The position numbers and the translations under genes were made by a program. DNA of 35,100 nt, from sequence record KY271397.1; one strand, given 5' to 3'. This DNA is from Klebsiella phage 3LV2017. The notes under the pieces are model-generated. The model was not told the origin of the DNA. It worked only from the letters and a program-made list of their open reading frames with translations, and did no database searches. The stretch's first letter is position 1. The number at the start of each line of letters is the position of its first letter. Below, piece by piece: positions 8,439 to 17,047 of the stretch.

Positions 8439-9014
8439 ATGAGCTATCTGGGAAGCAAAGCGGCCAGCGGTGTTTATCAAAGAATCATCGCTGAAATGCC
8501 GCCGCATGATACCTACATTGAAACACACCTGGGCGGCGGCGCGGTGATGCTGCGCAAGCCCCCGGCGCGGCATAATTGGGGGATCGATATTGACCCGGAA
8601 ACCGTCGAGGCGTTTAACCAGGGCAACCCTGATTTTCTTGATAGACTGGCCGATACCCTGTTTATTGATGTTGGGGATGCCGTCGAATTCTTGCGTTGTT
8701 TCGATTACGCCTCTGCCGGCCGCGTCTTAATTTACTCTGATCCGCCTTATCTCCATGAAACCCGCTCCAGCTCCGCGCGATATCGCCATGAATACACTGT
8801 TGGCGATCATTACCGTCTGCTGGGCTTGCTCTGCTCGATGCCGGAAAACGTGAGCGTAATTGTGTCGGGATATCCCTCTTCCGTTTATGACAACGCCTTA
8901 CCGGGCTGGCGCAGCAAAGAGTTTCAGGCCATGACGCGTGGAGGTGTGCGCACGGAGAAAATTTGGATGAACTACCCAGAGGGGGGGCGCGTACTCGCAC
9001 GCGTTCGCCGGTAA
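8439..9014 (+). CDS. Small phage-type DNA N6-adenine methyltransferase (191 aa as written; see the G7 frameshift finding)
   Basis: Catalytic YSDPPY motif. SD TAGGAGAT lies 8 nt upstream of ATG 8439. It resembles the short phage Dam family, so I called it N6A. Confidence 0.75.
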   Translation: MSYLGSKAASGVYQRIIAEMPPHDTYIETHLGGGAVMLRKPPARHNWGIDIDPETVEAFNQGNPDFLDRLADTLFIDVGDAVEFLRCFDYASAGRVLIYSDPPYLHETRSSSARYRHEYTVGDHYRLLGLLCSMPENVSVIVSGYPSSVYDNALPGWRSKEFQAMTRGGVRTEKIWMNYPEGGRVLARVRR

Positions 9015-9135
9015 AGACTACAACGATCGTTATCGCATTAAGCGAAAAGCGCAGCGCTGGAAGGATAAATTTGCAGCATTACCGCCAGCCGAGCGACTGG
9101 CCATCTTGGTCGCTATTTCAGAAGTGGATTCTATA

Positions 9136-9166
9136 TAAAAAAGCCCCCTAAAAGGGGGCTATAAAA
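9136..9166 (-). terminator. Rho-independent terminator of the minus-strand TA operon (AGCCCCCT-AAA-AGGGGGCT plus T-run on the minus strand)
   Basis: 8-bp GC stem 9142-9149 pairs with 9153-9160. A T6 run follows on the minus strand, immediately after the antitoxin stop. It is weakly bidirectional. Confidence 0.65.
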
Positions 9167-9541
9167 CTATTCAAGGAGTAGTTGCTCTGGCGAGCAATCA
9201 TAGAGTTTTGCGAGTCGCTCTATGTTCTCCTTGCGGGGTTTTTCTGATTTTTCAAATTCTGAGACTGTTGATTGTTTTATACCTAGGGCATCGGCAACTT
9301 GTTTTTGTGTCATGCCTCTATAGATACGCCACGCAGCTTGCATAGAGCAATCTTTCTCAGAAAGAATATTAATGACTTCATTGGGATAATGAATGTCATC
9401 TGATGCGCCAGCGTCAATTGTGACAGGCTCATAAAATTCATCAAGATCGCTGCTGGATACCAGCTTCTCAAATAACTCGACAGGTACAACGACGGAGACC
9501 CTCTGGCCCCGGCTGTCTGTCATGTACTGTATGTTGGCCAT
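9167..9541 (-). CDS. HTH (XRE-family) antitoxin, 124 aa, downstream partner of the RelE/HigB-like toxin (HigA-like arrangement)
   Basis: C-terminal helix-turn-helix MTQKQVADALGIKQSTVSEFE. SD GAGGAG lies 5 nt upstream. It is co-oriented with and 85 bp downstream of the toxin gene. Confidence 0.75.
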   Translation of the reverse strand: MANIQYMTDSRGQRVSVVVPVELFEKLVSSSDLDEFYEPVTIDAGASDDIHYPNEVINILSEKDCSMQAAWRIYRGMTQKQVADALGIKQSTVSEFEKSEKPRKENIERLAKLYDCSPEQLLLE

Positions 9542-9626
9542 TATTACTCCTCATGATGTTAGGTCCTAAAAAATTAACAAATTTGCTTTTGGGGAAGTAG
9601 ACCAGGCGGGTTACCCCGCCGTCGCC

Positions 9627-9890
9627 TTAGTATGTTGATGATGTTCTGCGTAAGATCTGCTGGATTTCAATTATCACAGTCTTTCCTGATTTTATTTCGA
9701 AAAGAACGCGATAATTACCAACCCTTAACCTATACAATCCGTTCTGATCCGTTAGCTTCTTTACGTCCAGAGACTCTAGGTTTGGATAGGATTTCAGTGC
9801 GTTTGTTTTTTCACGCACTAAAACCTCATCTTGTTTTGGCAGCTTGCGGAGACCCTTGACGGCACGCCCATGCCAGATTAACTCAATCAT
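9627..9890 (-). CDS. RelE/ParE-superfamily toxin, 87 aa from ATG 9890 (track start 9905 is TTG)
   Basis: YRLRVGNYRVLFEI...IIEI motif typical of RelE/HigB mRNA interferases. The toxin-first gene order matches HigBA. Confidence 0.75.
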   Translation of the reverse strand: MIELIWHGRAVKGLRKLPKQDEVLVREKTNALKSYPNLESLDVKKLTDQNGLYRLRVGNYRVLFEIKSGKTVIIEIQQILRRTSSTY

Positions 9891-9923
9891 AAGTTTCCCT
9901 TTCAAACAAATTGTTAAAGAGCA

Positions 9924-9966
9924 ATCCCTATAAGGGATGTCAAAAATATAGGGTTAAACCCCTATG
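9924..9966. promoter_or_regulatory. TA promoter/operator: perfect 15-bp palindrome ATCCCTATAAGGGAT (9924-9938), second inverted repeat TATAGGG-N6-CCCTAT (9947-9966), minus-strand TTGACA at 9938-9943
   Basis: Palindromes lie directly upstream of the toxin start. The CCCTAT motif occurs 4-5 times in 9924-10030. A consensus -35 hexamer overlaps the palindrome. Confidence 0.5.
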
Positions 9967-10192
9967 TTGTCAACTTTTCATATCTTAAATCCCTATATTG
10001 TTGGCGCGGGGTGCTAAGGAGACCCCTAAATCTTGTCGCACTATCACCACCCCACCCAGAATGTGTTTTTATGCAAAAATGTGCACAAATTTGCACGATT
10101 TTTGAAACGTCGTTTTTACTACGCAGCGCCAGCACTGGCGGGGCCTGGGCGGTCTGCACAAAGCGCACAATAAGAGGTCGGTTTAGCGCGCA

Positions 10193-10211
10193 GGCGAGGC
10201 GGGGGAGCAAG
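10193..10211. other. cos site candidate (GGCGAGGCGGGGGAGCAAG; first 12 nt identical to the P2 cohesive end GGCGAGGCGGGG as I recall it)
   Basis: Located about 250 bp beyond the 3' end of portal gene Q in a GC-rich non-coding stretch, as in P2. Confidence 0.5.
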
Positions 10212-10443
10212 CGCGCGCTTTGGGGGTAGGGAAGGGGTCGGCATACCTCGCCAAAAGCCGCCTGCCGGGCGCGCACTTTCGCAGTGCATCCGGCGAGCGC
10301 GCAGGCAAAAGCCCGCCAGAATACCGCTGGCTGCGTCTGGTTAGGGATATGACGTTGAGGTTTTGCGGGTTGGCCGATATGGCCAGGAATGGTGGTGCTG
10401 CGGGTCGGTACCGCACCGCCGGGAATGGCGGTGCAGCCTGGTG

Positions 10444-11490
10444 TCACTGCGCGAGCAGGGCGTAAGGGTTGAAGCGGATCACCTCTTCGCCCAGCCAGTC
10501 GTTAACATGCTTCATCGCTTCCATGACCGGTGTCAGCTCATTAACAGCAAAGACTTTTGCTGCCTTCTCGACGTCGCCGAATGATCCGTTACCTTCAGGG
10601 ATGGCGCCCATCAGTTGGGGTGGCACGCGGTGAGCAGCCAGCATGTCATCGCGCGTAGAGGACTTCACGCCGACAAACTCATCCTTCGCCGATATCTGAC
10701 TGAAGGGCAGGATCTGCACCGAGTCCTTACCGCCACCTGGAGCATGCAGCAGGACGTTCTTGAATGCCCCGCCGCGACGGGTGTCAGTCAGTGTTTTCTT
10801 CAGGCTGTCAATGCTCTCCTGATCGGCCATCGCGCTGTTAACGTAAACAATGCAGCCTGCGTGCGACCCGTTGTCGTAGTAGAGCTTGCGGAACTTGTCG
10901 GCAGAGTGTGCCAGGTTGGCCGACAGCAGGCCGGCGAAATACTCCGGCATGCCGTAGATCTCCTGGTGGATGTCCGGGTTGAGCACATGACACACTGAAC
11001 CAGTCTCGAACTGGTGATCGGTAAGCCCGGACTGAATAAACCAGTAAGTGTCGAGGTCGGAACCGCGCCGGGTGTACTTCGCCAGTGAGTTACGAAAACC
11101 CATTGGCCCATGCAGGCGGTTGCGGCGCATCTCAAGGTACGCATTGCCGAACACAAACCAGTCAAGCGCGAACGAACTAAACGCCTGGCGCGATAGCAGT
11201 TTATGCGGGATAAAGCACCCGGCCAGTACGTTACGCTTGAAGAACAGCGCCGACTGGTGCCAGCTCGCATACCCGAACTGACGGGCGAGCCCGTACCAGC
11301 TAATCGGCGTCTCGTAGTACCGGCCATTGTCGGCACAGTACATGCTATCCAGCAGATCATGAGCACCGGTAACCGGCCAGGGGCCGTCGAACGTGAACGC
11401 ACTGAGGCCGGGCGCTGATTTCAATGCGTCGGCAAGATCGGCTTGCTCTCTGGCATACTGCCTGCCGCGCGGGGATTTTCGTCTGCTCAT
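10444..11490 (-). CDS. Q: Portal protein gpQ (348 aa)
   Basis: Size, position and orientation are as in P2 (leftward, co-transcribed with P). Its start overlaps the P stop (ATGA). Confidence 0.85.
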   Translation of the reverse strand: MSRRKSPRGRQYAREQADLADALKSAPGLSAFTFDGPWPVTGAHDLLDSMYCADNGRYYETPISWYGLARQFGYASWHQSALFFKRNVLAGCFIPHKLLSRQAFSSFALDWFVFGNAYLEMRRNRLHGPMGFRNSLAKYTRRGSDLDTYWFIQSGLTDHQFETGSVCHVLNPDIHQEIYGMPEYFAGLLSANLAHSADKFRKLYYDNGSHAGCIVYVNSAMADQESIDSLKKTLTDTRRGGAFKNVLLHAPGGGKDSVQILPFSQISAKDEFVGVKSSTRDDMLAAHRVPPQLMGAIPEGNGSFGDVEKAAKVFAVNELTPVMEAMKHVNDWLGEEVIRFNPYALLAQ

Positions 11491-13211
11491 CAGTACTCCA
11501 TAACAGTCATAGTGTTTCCGCCTTCCTGACCCAGCGGCTCGTTAACGGTGGCGAGCATCGTCGCCCAGGCGAGATCGCCGTGACTCACACCACGGGCGCG
11601 GTCGGTATCGTAGGTGATGACGCCGCCGGGCGTGACCACCTTACGCACAGCACTGAAAGCGGTGATCAGGTCATATTCGCCGCGGTCATACTCCCAGCGA
11701 CCGGCGCGAACCAGTTGCAGCATTTTTAGTACCAGCATGCGCTTACTGGCTGGCGAGAACTGGTAGCACACCGCCGCAGGGAATCGCTTCTTCACGAGCT
11801 GATACACCGCCTCGCCGATGCCGCTCCCGTCGATACCGATGTGCTGCACGTTGTAACGTGTGAGCATGTTAATAATCATGGCGGCCTGCGCCTCAAACTC
11901 CATGCCACGCACGCGAATGGTTTCAATCGTGCGGAACTTGCCGCCGGGGATCAGTGGCGCCGCGTTAACAGAGATGGCCCCGCTATCGCCTTTGCCGCTG
12001 GCCCCGTTAGGGTCGTAGCCAATCCACACCGGGCGATCGGCCATTGGCCGCATGGCGTAGGGCTTCCAGTCCGGCCACTCGTCGTAACCGTCTGCGCCGC
12101 AACTCAACAGCATGTTGTAGTCAAAGGCGGTTTCACCATTTTTGATGAAGGTGCAGGCGTAGAGGTTGTCGTACTCCTCAGGGCTGTTTTCGTCGCGGAT
12201 TTCGTCAATGTCAGTCAAATCCCAGCCGTTATCGACAGCATCCTGCAACGTGACAATCTGGCGCCAGATTTTGTCCGGACACATCAACCCGCTGTTAAGC
12301 GTCTTCCAGGACGTGTCGAACTCCACGCGCTTACCGTGGCTACGGCCCTTGTTGAAGGCTTCACCTGACCAGAAGGGGTAAGCCTCGTGACTTTCAGCCG
12401 ATGGTGTGGAGAAGTAGGTGCGCGTCAACCCCTTCAGGGTCGCCATCGCGCCGGCCACTTTCTTCAGGTTGGCAAACTGCCCGACCCAGAAAAATTCGTC
12501 AAAGTACAGGTTGCCGGTGTACGACTGCGCGGTTGCGGCTGACGTGCCGAGAAAGTGCAGCTCCGCGCCGTTGAACAGCTGGATCATGTCACCGCCCTTT
12601 AGCTCAACATCAACTTCAGCAGCTGCGGCACGAATAAAGCTGCGGAACTGGTACGCCTGGCGACGACTCGCCGACAGAAATATCTGGTTGAGCTGATGCT
12701 TGTACTTCACGTCATCAGACAGCGCGCGCAGCAGCGCTTCGCGGGCGAAATACCACGTCGCACCAATCTGACGGCTTTTCAGGATGGCCCGGTTGCGGTG
12801 GTGGTGATTCTCGTACCAGCCCTTCTGATGCCAGTGCAGCGAGTCGATGATGTTGGCCCGCAGCGTGGCGATCTGCGCCTCTGAAAAGAAGTTTTGTTTC
12901 TTGCGGATCTTTTTCTTTGGCTGCGTCGCTGGCGTCCCGTTATCCAGCTTCTTCAGCTGACGTGTAAGCAGGTCAATTTCCTTGAAGTCGCCGCCGGTCT
13001 TTTTATCTTTGGTGGTGAGCTGTATCAGGCGCGCATCAATGGACGTCGTGACGCGCTGTATCGGCGGCGTAGTGTCCCATTCATCACGCTTTTTCCATGA
13101 GTACACCGTGTTCGGGTTAATACCCATCAGGCGTGCGATCTCCGCTGGCGGGTATCCCTGCCAGTAGAGCTGCCGCGCACGCTGCATGATGAATGCTTCT
13201 TCAATCGCCAT
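11490..13211 (-). CDS. P: Terminase large (ATPase) subunit gpP (573 aa)
   Basis: Size, position and divergent orientation from O are as in P2. Confidence 0.85.
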   Translation of the reverse strand: MAIEEAFIMQRARQLYWQGYPPAEIARLMGINPNTVYSWKKRDEWDTTPPIQRVTTSIDARLIQLTTKDKKTGGDFKEIDLLTRQLKKLDNGTPATQPKKKIRKKQNFFSEAQIATLRANIIDSLHWHQKGWYENHHHRNRAILKSRQIGATWYFAREALLRALSDDVKYKHQLNQIFLSASRRQAYQFRSFIRAAAAEVDVELKGGDMIQLFNGAELHFLGTSAATAQSYTGNLYFDEFFWVGQFANLKKVAGAMATLKGLTRTYFSTPSAESHEAYPFWSGEAFNKGRSHGKRVEFDTSWKTLNSGLMCPDKIWRQIVTLQDAVDNGWDLTDIDEIRDENSPEEYDNLYACTFIKNGETAFDYNMLLSCGADGYDEWPDWKPYAMRPMADRPVWIGYDPNGASGKGDSGAISVNAAPLIPGGKFRTIETIRVRGMEFEAQAAMIINMLTRYNVQHIGIDGSGIGEAVYQLVKKRFPAAVCYQFSPASKRMLVLKMLQLVRAGRWEYDRGEYDLITAFSAVRKVVTPGGVITYDTDRARGVSHGDLAWATMLATVNEPLGQEGGNTMTVMEY

Positions 13212-13277
13212 TTGTCCTCCTCGCTTCCTGCCGGGGAGATTAACCCGCGCGCGCGTACCCTTTCGCCCGCTTTTGGT

Positions 13278-13295
13278 TGTGGCAATTCCCTCACA
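13278..13295. promoter_or_regulatory. Ogr/Delta-type late-promoter activator site TGT-N12-ACA (TGTGGCAATTCCCTCACA) between divergent P and O
   Basis: Exact match to the P2-family late-promoter dyad consensus. Its centre is about 55 bp from plausible transcription starts in both directions. Confidence 0.6.
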
Positions 13296-13371
13296 ACAAC
13301 AACGCGTTGAGCGCGTGCGTCGCCGCCTGCCATCATCTCCGGGAACTCAAAAAACCAGCGAGTAAACGAAC

Positions 13372-14205
13372 ATGGCAGGCACAGCTAAACCCCGTAAGAA
13401 GTTTCGCGTTGCCGTCTCCGGGAATACCGTCGATGGCCGCGAAATCCAGCCGCAGCACCTCCGCGACGCAGCGGCGAACTACAACCTTGAGGTGTACGCC
13501 GCACGCGTCAACATTGAGCATATTCTCTCCCCGTATCCCGGCAGCGATTTTGGCGCGATGGGGGATGTTGTGGCGCTGAGCGCCGAGGATATTACCGAAG
13601 GGCCGCTGGCCGGTCGCACTGGACTTTATGCGGAGATCGAACCCTCAGAGCGCATGAAGCAGATGACCGATAAAGGTCAAAAGGTCTACTCCAGTATTGA
13701 GCTGCATCCGCAGTTTGCCCTTAACGGCAAGGCTTACATGATGGGCCTGGCGATGACCGACACCCCGGCAAGCCTGGGTACTGAGCGCCTGAAGTTTGCG
13801 GCACAGCAACGCGCCTCGGTGATGGCCTTCAACAACCAGCAGGTGGAAGCGCCGATGATCACCGAGGCGATCGAGGCCGAAGTGATTGAACTGGCCGCCC
13901 AGCGCAGTGATGAGGGCAAGCAGTGGTTTAACCGCGTAATGGGCATTCTCGGTAAGGGCCAGAAAACCGACGATCAGCGCTTCGGTCAGGTGCATCAGGC
14001 TGTTGAAGCGGTGGCGCAGTCTCAGGTTGATCTTGGCGAGCAGTTCAGCGCTGCCGAACAGGAACGCCAGCAGGATAAGGCCACCGTCCAGAAGCTGACC
14101 ACTGACCTGGCCGCACTGCGCCAGCAGCTTGAAGGGACGGACGGCAACTTCAGCCAGCGCCCGCCAGCTGGCGGCGGCGACAGCGCGCAGCTCGCTGACT
14201 ACTGA
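13372..14205 (+). CDS. O: Capsid scaffolding protein gpO (277 aa)
   Basis: Position and size as in P2. Confidence 0.85.
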   Translation: MAGTAKPRKKFRVAVSGNTVDGREIQPQHLRDAAANYNLEVYAARVNIEHILSPYPGSDFGAMGDVVALSAEDITEGPLAGRTGLYAEIEPSERMKQMTDKGQKVYSSIELHPQFALNGKAYMMGLAMTDTPASLGTERLKFAAQQRASVMAFNNQQVEAPMITEAIEAEVIELAAQRSDEGKQWFNRVMGILGKGQKTDDQRFGQVHQAVEAVAQSQVDLGEQFSAAEQERQQDKATVQKLTTDLAALRQQLEGTDGNFSQRPPAGGGDSAQLADY

Positions 14206-14229
14206 TATCCATAACGAGAGAACCCGCAC

Positions 14230-15279
14230 ATGAGAAACTCCACCCGTAAGCTGTTTGACAGCTACGTTGCCCGTCAGGCGCAGCTTAACGGCGTCAGCAT
14301 CGCCGCCGTTACGGCGCAATTCAGTGTTGATCCAACCGTGCAGCAGCGCCTTGAGGCCGCCGCGCAGCAGGATGACGCTTTTCTGCGGCAGATTAACGTC
14401 TTTGGCGTTGATGAACAGATCGGCCAGAAAATCCTGATTGGCAGCAAAGGCCCACTGGCGGGCGTCAACAACAGCACCACCAACCGCCGCAACCCTGTCG
14501 CTAACGACAAAATGGACCCGTACAGCTATCTGTGCCGTAAGACCAACTACGACTACGCCATCAACTACGCGCAAATGGATGCGTGGGCCCATCAGCCGAA
14601 TTTCCAGCCACTGATTAGCTCGGCGATGGCCAGGCAGATGTCGCTTGACCGCATTATGATCGGCTTCAACGGCACTAAATATAGCGATCCGTCAGACCGC
14701 GCAGCGAATCCGCTGTTGCAGGACTGCGGCATCGGCTGGCTGGAGAAGATCCGCCTTGAAGCGGCGCATCGTCGAATTACCGGTGTCACGATCACGTCGC
14801 GCGATGAAGACAACAAAATCACTGCGAAAGGCACATACGGCAACATCGGCGCTGCGGTTTATGACGCGAAAAACAGCCTCATGGATGAATGGCACAAGCG
14901 TAACCCCGACAACGTGGTGATTTTGTCCGGCGATTTGCTGACAACCAGCAATTTCCCGACCATCAACGCGATGAGTCAGACCAACCCGAATACCGAGATG
15001 CTGGCCGGTCAGCTGATTGTGGCGCAGGAACGCGTTGGCAACATGCCGACCTTTATCGCGCCTTACATGCCGGGTAACGCCATCCTCATCACGCCGTTTA
15101 AAAACCTCTCGATCTACTACCAGCGTGGCGGCCTGCGCCGGACGATCAAAGAGGAGCCGGAATACAACCGCGTGGCAACGTACCAGTCCTCTAACGATGA
15201 CTTCATTGTTGAAGACTACGGCGCAGTGGCTTTTATCGACGGCATCACTTTTGCTGAAGCGCCGGCAGGCGGGCAGTAA
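14230..15279 (+). CDS. N: Major capsid protein gpN (349 aa)
   Basis: Position and size as in P2 (357 aa). Confidence 0.85.
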   Translation: MRNSTRKLFDSYVARQAQLNGVSIAAVTAQFSVDPTVQQRLEAAAQQDDAFLRQINVFGVDEQIGQKILIGSKGPLAGVNNSTTNRRNPVANDKMDPYSYLCRKTNYDYAINYAQMDAWAHQPNFQPLISSAMARQMSLDRIMIGFNGTKYSDPSDRAANPLLQDCGIGWLEKIRLEAAHRRITGVTITSRDEDNKITAKGTYGNIGAAVYDAKNSLMDEWHKRNPDNVVILSGDLLTTSNFPTINAMSQTNPNTEMLAGQLIVAQERVGNMPTFIAPYMPGNAILITPFKNLSIYYQRGGLRRTIKEEPEYNRVATYQSSNDDFIVEDYGAVAFIDGITFAEAPAGGQ

Positions 15280-15326
15280 TCACGCACAGGGCGGGCCACG
15301 GCCCGCTGTTATTCGGGGATGAGTCA

Positions 15327-16247
15327 ATGCTGACACCTGCACAACGACATTTTCAACGCGTCATGGCTGAACGTCATGGCAAAACCGACGAGCAGTCGGA
15401 TACCGCGCGGACAGCGCACGAGCAAATCATGCACCGGCTGCGCATGGATCAGAGTGCATTAAAGCGAGTGCAGTCTGACCAGGCGAAAGCGGCGATGAAA
15501 CGCCAGTTGCTACCCCATTACGAGGGCTGGATCGAGGGGACGCTCGACGGCGACAGTGGCCGACAGGATGAGGTGATTGTCACCCTGATGGTATGGGCGA
15601 TTGATGCCTGTGATTACGTCCTCGCCGCACGTATTGGCCGCTATGTCGTGGCACATGGTCTGCTGATGCCTGACCGCTTCAACCGCACCGCTGCAACCAT
15701 CCTGGTCGATGAAATCTGCGATCCGATTCTGGTGCAGGTCAAGGCCGACGATACCACCGACGTTACGCCATATCTGGCGGTGCTCGATGACGTCGCGGAC
15801 TTTACCGCCGGCAGCGATATGCCTGACGTAGTTCGCGCCAAGCTGTGCAAAGCGCGTGCCTTTGCGCTGCGTAACGGCACAACCGAAGAGCAGGCCATCG
15901 CGCTGGCGTTGCTGCGTCAGGCGCTGACCCTGGACGCGGGCGCCGGGGTGAAAAAAGAGATTGAACGCCTTGCCCGTGCGGTGAAAAAAGCCGCCGCAGA
16001 GGCGGGCGCAGGCGGGGGCGGTGATGATGATGGTACCGATAGCGGCGATGGTACTGAAGGCGCTGGCGATGCTGGCGGAGATACCGCAACGGACGGCGCA
16101 GGCGCAGGCACAGGCGAAACTGCAGCATCGTCAGATCCGGCAGTAGCGGCCAGCACCACAGCGACAAAGCCAGCCCGCACCCGCGCACCACGTAAACCGG
16201 CAGCGCGTAGAACAGCAGCGAAAAAGACGCCTGCCACAAAAAAATAA
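15327..16247 (+). CDS. M: Terminase small/endonuclease subunit gpM with an unusual ~85-aa low-complexity C-terminal tail (306 aa vs 247 in P2)
   Basis: Position matches P2 gpM. The C-terminus is a Gly/Asp/Thr-rich block followed by a basic Ala/Lys/Pro tail (AKKTPATKK). Confidence 0.8.
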   Translation: MLTPAQRHFQRVMAERHGKTDEQSDTARTAHEQIMHRLRMDQSALKRVQSDQAKAAMKRQLLPHYEGWIEGTLDGDSGRQDEVIVTLMVWAIDACDYVLAARIGRYVVAHGLLMPDRFNRTAATILVDEICDPILVQVKADDTTDVTPYLAVLDDVADFTAGSDMPDVVRAKLCKARAFALRNGTTEEQAIALALLRQALTLDAGAGVKKEIERLARAVKKAAAEAGAGGGGDDDGTDSGDGTEGAGDAGGDTATDGAGAGTGETAASSDPAVAASTTATKPARTRAPRKPAARRTAAKKTPATKK

Positions 16248-16349
16248 CCGACTTGCGCCCCGTGCGCTGGCGGCGCGGGCGGAGATCTGCAACGCATTGC
16301 GTTTACTTTTCTCCGTCCGCTCACCGCCACCTATTCAGGAGACGACGCG

Positions 16350-16847
16350 ATGAGCCTTGTAGCCGGTCGCACTGTTACCCCCTCTGCGGAGGATGTGCCG
16401 GACACTGACGACGGTGGCGAGAAAGTCACTGCGGGATCGTTCTGGCCGGAAATCGCCCTGAGCGATGTGCGCATGGAAATGCGCATCAATGGCGCCGTGA
16501 CGACCTCACGCCTGAAGCAAGCCGTTATCGAAGGGGTATCTCACACTCTCGACCAGCTCGCCGACTGGCAGGCCGTGCAGCTGGCCGCAGGCTACACCCA
16601 GCTCGATGATGTTCCGGCGGTAAAAGTTAACGGCGAAAGCGTGAAGGTACATCGCTACCGCCGCGCGGTGTTCAGCATCGCCCGCGCGCACATCCTCGGC
16701 ACAAACCGGGATGTGGACACCACTGGCGACGCAGGGGAGAAGCGCGCAGCTTCACTGGCTTTACAGGCCGATGATATGTGGCGCGATGCCCGCTGGGCGA
16801 TATCCGACATTCGCGGCACCGTGCGCAATTCTGCGGAGGCATTCTGA
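16350..16847 (+). CDS. L: Head completion/stabilisation protein gpL (165 aa)
   Basis: SD CAGGAGACG. Position and size as in P2. Confidence 0.8.
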   Translation: MSLVAGRTVTPSAEDVPDTDDGGEKVTAGSFWPEIALSDVRMEMRINGAVTTSRLKQAVIEGVSHTLDQLADWQAVQLAAGYTQLDDVPAVKVNGESVKVHRYRRAVFSIARAHILGTNRDVDTTGDAGEKRAASLALQADDMWRDARWAISDIRGTVRNSAEAF

Positions 16848-17047
16848 TGAAAGTGCAGGCATTGCAGGGCGATACCGTGGATTTGCTGTGTCAGCGCCAC
16901 TACGGCACCACGCAGGGCGTGACCGAGACAGTCCTCGCCGCGAACAAAGCGCTGGCCGGTCAGATCTTTCTCGACGCCGGCCAGGTCGTGGAGCTGCCGG
17001 AAATCAGTACTCCAGCGACACAGGAGACCGTGCAGCTATGGACTTAA
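16847..17047 (+). CDS. X: Tail protein gpX (66 aa)
   Basis: ATG 16847 overlaps the L stop by 1 nt. A small protein at the P2 gpX position. Confidence 0.7.
   Translation: MKVQALQGDTVDLLCQRHYGTTQGVTETVLAANKALAGQIFLDAGQVVELPEISTPATQETVQLWT

Noticed and set aside
9962-10447. 161-aa minus-strand ORF and several 70-80-aa ORFs in the cos region
   Set aside because: The product is Pro/Ala/Arg-rich low-complexity and there are no RBSs. The region contains the cos-like site and repeats and is expected to be non-coding in P2-like phages.
10800-12368. ORFs antisense to or out of frame with Q and P (for example 10800-11402 minus, 11841-12368 plus)
   Set aside because: They are shadow frames of high-GC terminase and portal genes with no independent support.
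13645-14592. 315-aa minus-strand ORF spanning the O/N genes
   Set aside because: It is antisense to two strongly supported, syntenic head genes in GC-rich DNA. It has no RBS and its product is Val/Gly/Ala-rich low-complexity, typical of a shadow ORF.
15802-16330. Two minus-strand ORFs (145 and 137 aa) over the M C-terminal tail
   Set aside because: The GC-rich low-complexity repeat keeps all frames open, and the products are Pro/Arg/Ala-rich nonsense.
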